A DNA stretch of 64,000 bases, from positions 496,001 to 560,000 of the forward strand of contig OZ237772.1 in the NCBI GenBank assembly GCA_965178125.1, given 5' to 3'. The notes under the pieces are model-generated. The model did not search any database, was not told the origin of the DNA, and was given only the letters and a program-made list of their open reading frames with translations. A program made the translations under genes and the position numbers. Every line of letters starts with the position of its first letter. Within the stretch, counting starts at the first letter, position 1. Shown in pieces: positions 35,370-47,514 of this stretch. Origin of the DNA: Bilabrum cf. latius (Eukaryota).

Positions 35370-38300
35370 ATGAGTGGCAAGGCTAGTAAAAATCCGGGGA
35401 AGAAGGGCGGGAAAAAAGCTACTGGCGGCGGCAAATCGAGCAGGACACCTCCCGCATCTGCTGCGGTCGGCTCCGAAGAAGATGTGCGGGTCAGAGACAT
35501 GCACATTCCAGCATTTTTAAAGAAACTGTGGACAATGATGGAACGGAAGGAATTCGCAGACGAGGGGATGATCCGGTGGAGCGAGGACGGTGAATCGTTG
35601 ATTGTAGACAAAGTGAGTCTTCGCGCAGGATAGCGAGCTGCCATGACAGTTGATATGTGTTCGTGTGTGTACTACTTGGTTGTTCTTGCCTGGTGCGGAC
35701 CAGTAGCCTCGACTAGGCCACAATGTGCACCAGTCACTCTCTTGTCGATCCACTGGCGTCCCTGTCCGCGTGTTCGCAGCTAACCGCATTCCAGTCCAGG
35801 GTGCTTCCGAAATACTTCAGGCACCGCTCGTACACGTCATTTGTCCGCTCGCTGAACATGTACGGCTTTCGTCGAGTTGGGATTGAAAACACGAGAGAGT
35901 TTGCGCACCCAAATTTTAAGCGGGGAAGGCTGGAGCTCTTGCCGTTGGTGAAGCGAAAAGCTTCAGCAAAGAAGAAAAAGCCTCCAGCAGATCAGTAGTC
36001 GCAAGACTTGGCAGCCGCATAGGTGTTGGCAGCCGCGTCCCGTGGTACTGACGAAGGCGGCACAGCGACCAGGTCTGCGGTGGATGCGAGCACGGAACTG
36101 GGCAGCACCAGGTCGGGGCGAAGACGAAAGCTATCAGCTCGGCAGCGAGCCCGCCTTGATTCCGAGGCGGCAGGACGCAGAGGGGCGCAGGGCTCGAGCG
36201 CGCACGCCGGCCTCCCCGCGAGCCTGGTTGAGGCGGCTGGGAGCGGCAGGCGGCGCGCCGGCGTGGCCAGCGTGCGGTCTGGACTGACCTCCAGCACGGT
36301 GTCTGGCGGGGAGGGGGAGGGGGAGGGCGGCGATGGGGAGGGTGCGTGGGCCAACGGTAGGAATGGGGGCGGGCGGGCGGGCACTGGAGGGTATGCGCAT
36401 AGGATGGGCGGGGGGCTAGAGCCAGAGGCAGGCACCCGGTCATATTGGGGAGGCCGGTTGGGGCTGGGGGTGGGGTAGTAGTACACTGGCAGCGATGCTG
36501 GGTCCATGGCCGAGAGCGCCAGCATGGTCGACGCGGGTGCAGGCGGAGGCGTGGGAATGGGGAGTGCGCTGGTCCCCTTGCAGCAGGGGGGCATGGTGGC
36601 TCTTGGGTATGGCGGGGGTGGTGGGCACGGGATCCAGAGGGACCATCTGGGTCAGTTGAGTCACGGCGTGAGGCAGTTCCAGCGCGAGATGGACCAGCTG
36701 TTTCAGAGCCACAGGAGGGTGCTGCAGCGCGTGGGCGAGTTGCAGAGGGGCGTGGATGAGGCCAGGGAACAGGCCTCGGGCGTGGGGAGCTCGTTGCAGA
36801 GGCACCAGCAGGTTCTGGGATAGAGAGAAAGTGAGCTGAAGAGGATGCAGCAGCGGCTGGAACACGTGGTTCTGCTGCTGTTCAACGTGTTCAAGCGGCA
36901 GTAGAGCGTGCAGGACCGTATCGGGGCGGTGGAAGCCAGCATTGGGATGCCAGTAGGAGGGGATCCCCAGGCGGGGGCCATGCATCTCGTGCCATTCGGG
37001 AGCCGGCGCTCGAATTCCATGGCGAGGACTCACGCCCCGTCCTCCTCTTCTTCATCCTCCTCGTCGTCATAGCCGCACACGGCAGGCGGGCAAACGCACG
37101 TCCGGTCCTCGCCGGTGTCCTCTGAGGGAGGCGACCTGCCGCCCCCTTCGAGAGCGGCGGGGGGACTTGCGTTCGGGCCATCCGTAGAGGGGGGCGACTC
37201 TTTGGGGGGCACACCGCGCATGGGGATGGGCATGGGGATGGGGATGGGTGTGCAGGACGGGCCGTTCGCGGGCTTCTGGTCCGGGGGATCGTCGTCCATG
37301 GGGCAGTCGGGGCGTGCCGAGGACCTGCGTCGCTCGTCGTCTTCGGGGGGCATATCTGGGATGGGGACCGGGGGCAGCTTGGGCAGTTTGAGCAGCGGCG
37401 GACTGGTGACACCGATGGTGGGCCCAGGGACCACCAACACCCCCCTGGGTCTGTAGGGCGAGGGCGAAGGCGAGGACGACAGCTCCTCCAGTGCATTTGA
37501 CACCAGCCCAGCGCCCGCCCCAGCACCCGCTCCTTCCCCGGTGCAATACGGCCAAGGACACTCCATGCAGCCATCGTCCATCGTGTCCATGCCGGCTGGC
37601 AGTGGCGCTGACGGGGCTGTGGGCGGGCTGACCCCGGGGATGAGTCCAAGTCCAGGGTCGCTGGGCCAGTCTGCATCTGCTGGGGCACAGGGCGAGAGGG
37701 GCCCGGGCAAGGGGCAGGGACAGGGGTAGAAGCAGGGCATGCGGCGATCGTCGAGCGTGCAGTCCGCTTCATCCATGGAGGCCGGGGCGAGGGAGGGGCC
37801 GGGGCTGGTGCCCAGGGCAGGAGACCGCGTCCAGGGGCAAGCCGCCCGTTCGAGATCTGGATCCAGGGGGCGCGGGCCGCTGGAGAGGAGCGTGTCTGCA
37901 CCAGCACCAGCACCAGCACGTGAATCTGAACCTGCACATGTCATTGCAAGTGTCGGTCGGGCAGGCGAGGGGGTATCCGCAGACGACAACACTCCTAGGT
38001 CGGGCACTGGCAGTGTTCCGGTTGAAGAGGGCAGCAGGAGTGGCGCTGGGCCGGGCGGTAGGCCCCAGTCGTCCTCTGCCAGTGGGACTTTCTAGCACTG
38101 GTCCATGGGGGGGTAGGCAGCAGGGGCCAGCGGCGAGGGGAAGGAGCATAGAATGCGAGGGGGGGGTGCAGGGGGAGGGACGCAGGCACCAGGCAGGGTG
38201 GGGCCCGAGCATAGGGTGAGGCAGAAGAGGGACGAGCGTGCTGGCAGCGGAGCAGATGGTACGGACGGGCAAGGTGACATTGGTCATAAGAGAGGTAGGG

Positions 38301-39544
38301 AACAGGCCGGGCTTTCTGCCGGACATGGGCCCGTGCGACCCCGCCCACTGTCGATCCGCACAGGAGGCGACGCAGATGGGGCTGAAAGGGCAGGTGACGC
38401 GCCCACCCCGACCCAGCGAACCCGCGAGGAGGCCGTGCGGCAGCTGCAGCAGGCGCAGCAGGAGAGACAGAGCCTCATGGAGGCCAGCGAGCGCCTCATG
38501 ACTCGCATGCAGCAGCATGAACGCACCATCCAGCACGCGCTAGACACCCTGCAGCGACACGAGAGGCAGAGCCAGGCCCAGTACTAGCACTAGCACCAGC
38601 AGCACGCGCACGCACCTCCTGTGCACAGGGGCCTGCAGGACTTGACCAATGCAGCCGCGATCACTGAAGGGTAGTCGGATGTTGAACGGCGCAGCCCTGG
38701 TACCGGGGAGTCCACCGGTGGATTGTACCGAGTGGCTCTTCAGCCGTACGGGGGCGGCGGCAGGCGAGCGCCCATCTCCGCGCCTGCCTCGGTGGTCTCT
38801 GGCAGGGGCGTTCCCTCCGGGGAACAGCAGGGCGCGGCGGGGCACGGAAGCTACTCTCCCACGCATTCGACCACCGGCAGCGGAGGCATGCGGCACTCTG
38901 CGAGCGCCTCCGCTTTGCCCGGGGCCGCACTCCTCATGGCAGCAGGGGGTGAGATGCAGCGGGGCGCAGGCAACCGATCGGGGGGCGCTTCCTCTGCCTC
39001 TTCGGGGCACCAGCATCAGCACTCAGTCTTGGGCAGCGGGGTGCAGTACGCATCGCGCGGGTCCCCCGTGCTGCTACACTCCTCGTCCTCGGCGGCCCCT
39101 GCCCCCAGGTCACCCTCCACCGCTGGCAGAGGGGGGCTGGCCATCCGCCGGCCCACGGACCCCGCCCACGAAGATGCCCTGCTGCTGGCTGAGCTGAGGG
39201 AGAGTGCCAGGGTCAGTCCGGCGGCGAGCGGGGATGGGGGCGGGGACGGGCAGAGCGCCGCCTCGAGGGGGAGCCAGGCCAGCGGGAGCGGCGGAGGCAG
39301 TGCGCCGAGGAGCGGCAGCAGAGGCGCCATGTCTGCTGCCAGCAGGTCGGGCAGCGCAACTGGCATGGAGGCTGGAACAGACCGGAGCCTGCCCGTGGGC
39401 AGCCCGGTGAGTTTGGCGGGCGGAGGCCCCGAGTCCGAGTTCGGGGGCCCGACAAGTCCGTCTGCATTGGCTGCCTCCGCTTCCGGAGGGTTCGACACAG
39501 GCAGGTCTGGGTCCGGGGGAGGGGTGTCTCCCACCAGCATCTGA
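35370..39544 (+). CDS. Heat shock factor (HSF)-type transcription factor with long disordered C-terminus (2 exons: 35370-35612, 35780-39544)
   Basis: PAFLKKLWTMM...IRWSEDGESLIV|...VLPKYFRHRSYTSFVRSLNMYGFRRV...EFAHPNFKRGRLELLPLVKRK; coiled coil ~36660-36900; intron 35613-35779; exon 2 has about 14 in-frame TAG and no TAA/TGA until 39542. Confidence 0.88.
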
Positions 39545-39992
39545 GGGGAGAGGGCCTAAACTTGAGGACTGGGTAAGCTGCTCGGGATCATGTCTAGCCG
39601 AGAGTCCATGTGATCTAGATCCTGATCGGGATGTGTGATCCTGGTGTGCGCCTGAGACTGGAGCAGGTTCATGTAGAGTAGATCAATTGAGGAATGGTGC
39701 AGCATAGGTAGTCGTAAAGTGCAGGGTAAATCAGTGCTTGCAACAATCAATGAATCAATCGCTTGATCCGGTCCAGGCACATACGCCGGGCAGCAGGGCA
39801 GTTCGGCCACACAAGCCCATCCAAGGGCCGGGGGCCGGCTCACCCACGGCGAGGCGCGCGCTTAGATGCAACGATCGTGCAGTGCACGTTCCTGGTCCCC
39901 GGCAACCCTTGCCCCACCCCCTCAGGAGTGGATGCCCGGGCGCGAAGAAGGCATCATGCAAAGCGTCCAGCTGTCCAGTCCGCACTGCGCGC

Positions 39993-40772
39993 TCACATGC
40001 CGGCGCCGAGGCGGAAGTTGGGCGCGTCCTCGCTCAGGAGCTCGGGGGCCACGGCCTTGGGGTGGGCGGGGGTGTTGCCGCTCGAGTCCCAGGTGATGGA
40101 GACCGTGGTGGCGTTGTGCACGACGGCCTTCATGCCGCAGTTCGCGTCCATGACGTGGGAGCTCCACTGGGGCTGGAAGTTCTTCTGGATGGAGCCATCG
40201 GGCATCTTGATGGACACGTCGATGTCGAAGAAAGTCACCGCGTCGTTCGGGGGGTAGTACTCGCAGGGCCAGACCTTCTCGAACACGATGTAGGGGAGGT
40301 CGAACTTCTTGGGCTTGCCGTCTGGCCCGTTCTGGATAGGGATCACTGCCTGGGTGGTCTGCCCGGTCGCGACGTTCTCGTTCTTCATCGTGTAGGACGA
40401 GGCGCTGTCTCCGTTGTAGGTGATAGTGCCGTGGATCAGATCACCTGGTTTGGTGGGCACCTGGTCCGTGTTGACGTTGTGCTCCGGGGACCACTGGAAA
40501 TACTCGCAGTAGATCACCCAAGAGCTGCCGAGCCACGGGTTCACGGGCTGAATCAGGTTCAGGTTGTCCGACGGGTCCATGCCGTACCATGGGGAGTAGA
40601 AGGCACCGCCCTTCGAAGGGTTGTCAAGGTTCCTCCACTTCATGCTCATCGTGTTGATGATGGCTCCCTCCGGAAGCTCGGCCTTTGCGTAGGCCATCCA
40701 GCCGGGCGCGGGGTCCTGAGCGTACGCCACAGAGGCGACGGCAGCCGTTGCAATGGCGACAGCCTGGAGCAT
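39993..40772 (-). CDS. Secreted protein, 259 aa, possibly a glutamic peptidase G1 (eqolisin)-like beta-sandwich
   Basis: Signal peptide MLQAVAIATAAVASVAYA; pattern PWYGMD...LIQPV...CEYFQW...PGDLIHGTI...YIVFE resembles the G1 Gln/Glu arrangement; strong GC3 bias; ends TGA. Confidence 0.65.
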   Translation of the reverse strand: MLQAVAIATAAVASVAYAQDPAPGWMAYAKAELPEGAIINTMSMKWRNLDNPSKGGAFYSPWYGMDPSDNLNLIQPVNPWLGSSWVIYCEYFQWSPEHNVNTDQVPTKPGDLIHGTITYNGDSASSYTMKNENVATGQTTQAVIPIQNGPDGKPKKFDLPYIVFEKVWPCEYYPPNDAVTFFDIDVSIKMPDGSIQKNFQPQWSSHVMDANCGMKAVVHNATTVSITWDSSGNTPAHPKAVAPELLSEDAPNFRLGAGM

Positions 40773-41169
40773 AGTGTGTTTGTCTGCTCTCAGAACACGA
40801 AAAGACAACATAGATAGTAAAGCATGCAAAGGTTATTGGCGGCTGCACTTCGGCACTTGTGGATAGTGAACTAGTGCTTGTTTGCCAAAATGAACCTGAA
40901 TACCGATCCAAATTCTCAGGCATTGACAGAGCAAAAGCGCTTTTAAATGGTTGGTGCTATTATCAATGTTGAAAGGTCTCACATAGGTTGGGAATTGACA
41001 AGATCCGGCCTCTTTGCTGAGTATCGGATGCACCTTATAAAAACAATACAGAAAAATTATGTACCGTGTTATTTCAATTTAATCGGATTCAGGAAGGTCC
41101 TCGACAGTTTACACAGACACACAGGCTAGAGCCTAGACTACGAACCACGTATACCTTGTATCCACGAAG

Positions 41170-43038
41170 TCATACTGCCTGCATGCCGGCTTTCCTTCCT
41201 TTTTTCTTGCCTGCCCTACGAGCCATCTTGCCACCGCCCGCACCCGCCGCCTTGCGGGCCCTCCTGAAGGCAGCACTCGCCGAGCCGGAGCCCGAGCCCG
41301 AGCCCGAGCCTTGTCCTCGTCCCGCCTGCGCCCCTCCACTGGCAGCCGGCCCTGTCTCATCCCCTCCCACTCCCAAGTCAGCAGCGAGGGGCACCGGCAG
41401 CTCCACCTTCCCCAGCACGTCGGCAGGCACTGGATTGCTCCTCATCACACGGACCATGTCCCCGAATGCGGATCGCAGCTCCTTCCGCTTGGCCCCCGCC
41501 CCCACCATGGGGGACATCAGCAGGTCGATGACCCGCCTGGCCTCTCTCGCCTGGTGCTTGTCGCCCCCTGGCAGCTCCAGCCCTGCCTGCAACTGGGCCA
41601 CGGCCCACCGGATCCTGCTGCCGAGAAGGATCTCGCCGGCGATGGGGCGCGGGGCAGACTGCACGGATGCTGGTGTTGGCGCTGGTGCTGGCGCTGGTGC
41701 TGGCGCTGGTGCTGGCGCTGGCGCTGGTGCTGGCGCTGGTGCTGGCGCTGGTGCTGGCGCTGGTGCTGGCGCTGGTGCTGGCGCTGGTGCTGGCGCTGGT
41801 GCTGGCGCTGGGGCTGGCGCTGGTGCTGGCGCTGGTGCTGGCGCTGGTGCTGGTGCTGGTGCTGGTGCTGGTGCATCCACCTCTTGCTGTATACCCCAAG
41901 CAGCCGCAATATCATATTCATCGTCACCGTTTTCGGCACTCGGTTTGCCACCGAAGCCGAACGAGAAATCCCCCTCGCCCTCACCCTCCTCCTCACCCTA
42001 CCCCTAGCCCTGCGTCTCGCTCTACCCCTCGTCCCTATGCTGCTCCTCACCTTCGTCTTTGTCCATGCCGCTCGCCGTGCTCTCCTATCCATCGATTCCC
42101 TCGCTAATACTCAAGCTCTATTTCGTAGCATCTACTTTCCCGTCCTCATCCCCTACACCACTACCAATGGCACTGGCTGCAATGCTCCCCTGTGGTCGTG
42201 CTGCTGAGGACCCCGCCTCCGCTTGCACTGGTACTAGTAGCCCGAGAGCCAGGTCTGCCGAGGCTGTGCTGTCGCGTGGATGTGCACCCAGCTTCAACCC
42301 GCGCCCGGGGCCTTCACTACGAGCTGATAAGTTACTACCACCAATTGATGCCTTCGTTGATTGCTCTCTGCCGCTCCGTTTCTCAAATTTGTTGCTTTTC
42401 CGGCCTCTTCTTCCGGTCCTAGGCCCACCTGCACCTGCCTCCGGCTCGACTCTGGTGGTACTGGTTGTGTGATCTGAACCGGTCTGTTTCGCATGTTTTT
42501 GACCTTTTCTTCGTCTATTCAATTTCCACGGCCCGCTATCTTGAGAAGCACTGGCCCTCGCAGGCACCGAGGTTTCCTCAACTACGTTCCCACCGACATT
42601 GCCTACCCGAACGTGTTCGGCCGGTTTCAACGCTTGGCGCTTGTCATCTCGCGAGATAACTATATGCTCTCCATCAATAAAAGCTTCATTGGCTGCATCA
42701 TCGTGCCAAGCCAGCCATTTGCCGCCAACAAGCGCCTTTAATCTTGGAACAACACCACCAGCATCGGAGGTATCGCCATGGGAATCACTGGACACTGAAG
42801 TTACTAATCTTGCCCGCTGCCACACAGCTCCACACACCTCTCGTACTGTAGGCCAACCGCCACGCCATCTACGGCGCACGGCGTACCGCAGCAATGTGGC
42901 ACTCTGTGGCTTTGCTTTGCCGCTTGCAGGTTGAACAAGGTGGACCTCACAATTGAGTCTGCGCACTTCCCGTGGAGCTGCAGCAGGTCCATATCGCTAC
43001 GAATGGGACAATGCGGCATTTCGATCTGTAGACATCAT
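41170..43038 (-). CDS. Hypothetical protein with possible ubiquitin-like N-terminal region, acidic region and (AP)n linker
   Basis: ORFs 42118-42966 and 41170-41880 are in one frame, interrupted only by TAG; ATG 43038; ends TGA. Confidence 0.6.
41669..41875 (-). repeat. Hexamer repeat (GCTGGY)n, about 34 units, encoding poly(Ala-Pro)
   Basis: Read directly from the sequence; in frame in the minus-strand gene. Confidence 0.95.
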
Positions 43039-43148
43039 GAACTTGAGTGCACTATTTTGGCTCAAGTTGCCAAACCTCCAAACCGGAACTAGACAAAGAC
43101 AGGGTACTACACTGTGGCACTGCCGGTGCCGGTGCCACCCAGCAAGAA

Positions 43149-44339
43149 TCAGCGCTTCCCTTTCTTCTTGCCCTTGGCTCGCCGGGCTGCGGCCTCCTTT
43201 GCTGCCCTAGCAGCCGCACTGCCCCCCTTGCTCTTGCCCTTGGCCTTGGTCTTGCTGCCGGTGCCGGTGCCGGTGCCGGTAGCGGTGCTGGTGCTGGCTG
43301 CAGCTGGCGACTCGCTTGGCGTGGCTTCACCAGCCCCGGAAGCGGCACCACTCTTCTTCTTCTTCTTCTTCTTCTTGCCCCCGCCTCCCCCTCCGCCTCC
43401 ACTCCCACCACCAACAGCCCCGAGCGCCTAGAGGAGCGCTGCAGCCTCGTCTTGCACAGCTGCTGCTGCCTCTTCTTCCTCCTTCTTCTCCTCATCCTCC
43501 TCCTTAGCACCCGGTGCTGCCTCATCTGACTTTCCAGTTGTTCCCTCAAATGCCTCCTGCTGCTTCTGGGCCAGAGCCAAGAGAGCCTCGACCGACATCG
43601 CGTCTGCGTCGGTCCTCGAGGCCACGGGGGCTGCAGCCGCCGCTGCGCTGTCAGGGGCAGCCGTGCTTTCCGCAGCGTCGCCAACATCATCGTCCTCAGG
43701 GGCTGCGGCATCGGCCTCGTCGGCATCTCCACCGGCATCAGCAGCAGCGGCCCCTGCGGCGGCTGCCGAGGTACTAGCGGTCTGATCTGCATCGTCCTGG
43801 GCCCCCCGCCCGCCCTTTCTACGCTTCTTGCTGGGTTTGTCCTCATCCACACCAATGTACCTGAGCTTGGAGACTGCATCTTCCAACTCAGGGATGGACT
43901 TGTGCTTGCCTTCCTTTTCCTTCTCGGCTGGTGCTGCGGCTGTCACGCCGGCCTCCTCCAGCTCTGCCTTTGTTGCACGCTCGCGGGCACGTCTGAGCCT
44001 CCGAAGGCTTAGTCCGCCGTCGGATGGCATCCGAAGCTCCGTGAGGGCCCCCTTTTTTGGCACGTATCCCTCAGGCAGCAAAGCTGGCTGAGGAACGCCG
44101 GCCATTGGCTCAGGCCACACTACACCAAAGGTGTCACCCCACCTAGCGGATCCACCCCATACTGGGAGTGTGATCTATTCGCTGTCCTTCTGCTTTGACT
44201 TGTGCTTTTTCCGGGCAGCGCGAGACACTGCGGCAGCTTCTTCTCTGTCAGAATCTGAGTCCTCGAAGAGGCTCTTCAGGCTCGTCAAGCCCCCCTTCCC
44301 GGACCCTGGAAGCACAACTAACTAGTCTCGACCAGCCAT
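43149..44339 (-). CDS. Hypothetical Lys/Ala/Glu-rich, probably disordered protein
   Basis: ATG 44339; three in-frame TAG (44322, 44175, 43428); poly-Lys tracts; ends TGA at 43149. Confidence 0.6.
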
Positions 44340-44549
44340 TATGAACGGTGAAATGAGCGAGTGGAGAGTTGGGCTCGCTTTTGAATGCAGATCTCGCCAG
44401 TAGCGGTGGCTGGCGATAAGGTGCAATTTTGAGGAAGATACTAGCATAAAGGGCACTAGTGCATGCTGAGGAGTAGCCTCGTGCGAATTCCCAGGTGTAT
44501 TCATAGTACATCTAGAATCCCATCTGCAGCTTTAAGGACATACTCCACA

Positions 44550-47094
44550 ATGTCGCTGGTGAGCCAAGGTGCCCTCTGCATCAGTCGTTGTCGGCCAAGG
44601 CTCATTTCCAGCTTGATTGTCGAAACAAATACCTGCTCATCGAATGCATGCTTTGCTGGAACTTGAGTTAGCTTTATGTGCACAACACTTGCATAAACTG
44701 CAGAAACTCATCGCTGGGGCAGCAGACACCCGGACAAACATGGTGAGAAAGATGCTGCGCCTGCAGATTGCGCCAGATCTGGATTTTTTGGCCGTGTGTT
44801 CTATCATCACTCGTGCTGCTGAAGTCGTATGCTCCTGATAGTCGGCCTTCGCACCCCTCGTCCCGCAGGTCAAGATCGCGGCGTCGCTTGCCGGCGTGAG
44901 CCTCGACGTGCAGGTGAAAGGTGAGGCGGGGCTGCGGGACCCCGAGGTAGCTGGAGCCCACATTCAGACCCTTCCCATGTTGGTAACAAGGCATGGCGCC
45001 CTGCCGCGGACGGATGCCATCTTGCGGTACGTGGCTGCTCTCCGCGAGGACGCCGGGCTTCTGGGCGAGGGCCCCTGGCAGCAGGCCCAGGTGGACCAGT
45101 GGCTCTCGGTGGCCATGGGGGACGCAGCGCAGGCTGCCGAGGCCTTCTTGGAAGGCTCTAAGGCAGGGGGCAAGGACGGTGCCAGCGTGTGCGCCGAGGC
45201 CACTCGCGAGCTGGTTCTCCTCGTCTCGATGCTGGACGCAGCGGTTGAGGCCAGCACCTTTCTCGTGGGCGAGCGACCCACACTCGCAGACGTGGCGCTC
45301 TGCTGCGCCCTATCCCCGGTGGTGGGACAGGGCAGGGCCATCGAGCCGCAGCCCGCACAGGCCCGCGTGCCCTCTTTCCTCCGGTGGTACCGCACCTGCC
45401 GGGCCCTGCCAGCATGTGCAGAGCACCTGGGCCAGGACGACTCGGGGCACCCCCTCGCCCTCGCTGGACATGGACCCGCTGTGCCCGCCGCCTCGGGGGC
45501 GGGCGCCGATGCACCAGCCTCCGTTACTGCGGCCCCCCGTGCCCCTGCGAGCTCTGGGTACCCCGGGGTGCCCCCGGAGGCCTGCGCCTCAGCTGGGGCC
45601 CTTGAGCCCTCCCCCGAGCTGCCTGCCCCCCGCTTCAACAGGGGTCGGCTGAGGGTGAAGGAGGTGCTGGCGGGTGGCAAGCAGCTGCTGGGACAGTCCA
45701 TCACGGTGGCCGGCTGGGTGCGCACCAAGCGGGGCCAGAAGAACCTCGCCTTCGTGGAGGTGTCGGACGGGAGCTGCGCCGCCGTGCTGCAGGCAGTGGG
45801 CTCGCCCGACTCGTACGAGGCCTTCTAGCAGAAGCAAGGCAAGGACGGCGCGGGGTCGCTGGAGAGGGACCTGGCGGAGGTGCGGACAGGGACTTGCGTC
45901 AGGGTGCAGGGCCGTGTGGTGGCCAACCCCAAGCCAGACAAGCCCGTGGAGCTGGAGCTGCAGGACCTTAGGGTGGTGGGCGGCGTGCCCGAGAAAGGAT
46001 ACCCCTTGGCCAAGGCGCGCATGAAGCTCGAGACGCTCAGGGAACACCAGCACCTCCGCATGCGCAGCCGCATTGGGGGTGCTGTGGCTCGCATGCGCAA
46101 CGCGCTCGCATTCGCCACGCACCGCTTCTTTTAGGAGCGCGGCTTCTACTACGTGCACACGCCGCTCATCACCGCAAGCGACGCGGAGGGCGCCGGTGAG
46201 ATGTTCCGGGTGAGCTCGCTCGACGCAGAGGAGCCCCCGCGCCTGCCCAACGGCCGCGTGGATTTCTCCAAGGATTTCTTTGGGCAGCAGTCGCACTTGA
46301 CTGTGTCGGGTCAGCTGCAGGTAGAGTCGTTTGCGTGCTCGATGAGCGACGCCTACACCTTCGGGCCTACTTTCAGGGCCGAAAACTCCCACACCTCAAA
46401 GCACCTGGCCGAGTTCTGGATGATCGAGCCAGAGATCGCATTTGCAGACCTGGAGGCAGACATGGACCTGGCCGAGGACTACCTCAAGTTCTGCACGGCA
46501 TACGCTCTCAAGCACTGCGGAGACGACCTGGCCACGTTCGAGATGGCATGCGAGAAGGGGCTGCGAGCCAGGCTGCAGGCCGTGGTGGACGCGCCTTTCA
46601 AGCGCATCACGTACACGGAGGCGCAGGAGCTGCTGTGCGACAAGGCTCTGCAGAAGAAGCACAAGGCCAAGTTCAGGGAGGCGCCCGGGTGGGGCAAGGA
46701 CCTGGCCAGCGAGCACGAGAAGTTCCTCACCGACAGCGTGTTCAAGTGCCCCGTGGTGGTCACGGACTGGCCCAAGTCCATCAAGGCGTTCTACATGCGC
46801 GCCAACGAAGACGGGAAGACCGTCGCAGCCATGGACGTGCTTGTGCCCAAGATCGGGGAGGTGATCGGCGGGTCTGCCCGAGAGGAGCGGCTGGACGTGC
46901 TCAAGGCGCGCATGGCCGAGGCGGGCGTGGAGGAGGAGCACCTGGGTTGGTACATGGACCTCAGGAGGTTCGGATCTTGCCCGCACGCAGGCTTTGGGCT
47001 TGGATTCGAGCGGCTGCTCATGTACGTCACCGGCATGGAGAACATCCGTGACGTGATCCCCTTCCCCAGGTACCCTGGCCATGCGGCTTTCTGA
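44550..47094 (+). CDS. asnS: Asparaginyl-tRNA synthetase (bacterial/organellar-type core) with N-terminal GST-like domain (exons 44550-44558, 44704-44742, 44869-47094)
   Basis: [111 protein letters not shown]-terminal AILRYVA...AQVDQWL...[13 protein letters not shown] is GST-like. TAG at 45826 and 46132. Ends TGA. Confidence 0.93.
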
Positions 47095-47344
47095 GGATGA
47101 GTCGGAAGGCAGGTCCCTGGTGCTTGCTCCAGTGGGGAAGGAGGGAAGAGGAGAGGAGAGGTTGGGGCTACGACACTAGGCCTAGCTGAGTGGATCTACC
47201 GGCGTGGATCCGGAGCGGATTTTGGAGACCAAACCATTGGTCTGTGGACCTGGATCTAGAGAACAGAAAGTCTTTACTCAATACAAGCCTTGGCCATCGC
47301 ATTTGTATCCATGGTATGAAGCCCCCTCGCGAGTCATGACTCAT

Positions 47345-47514
47345 GACACTCACACAGCCTCAGCTCCCTGTGCCTACTAGGACACCTCGCCACCCCCACC
47401 GACACTCACACAGCCTCAGCTCCCTGTGCCTACTAGGACACCTCGCCACCCCCACCGACACTCACACAGCCTCAGCTCCCTATGCCTACTAGGACACCTC
47501 GCCACCCCCACCGA
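47345..47514. repeat. 56-bp tandem repeat x3 overlapping the last codons and stop of the 47462-50686 gene
   Basis: Unit GACACTCACACAGCCTCAGCTCCCTRTGCCTACTAGGACACCTCGCCACCCCCACC at 47345, 47401 and 47457. Confidence 0.95.
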
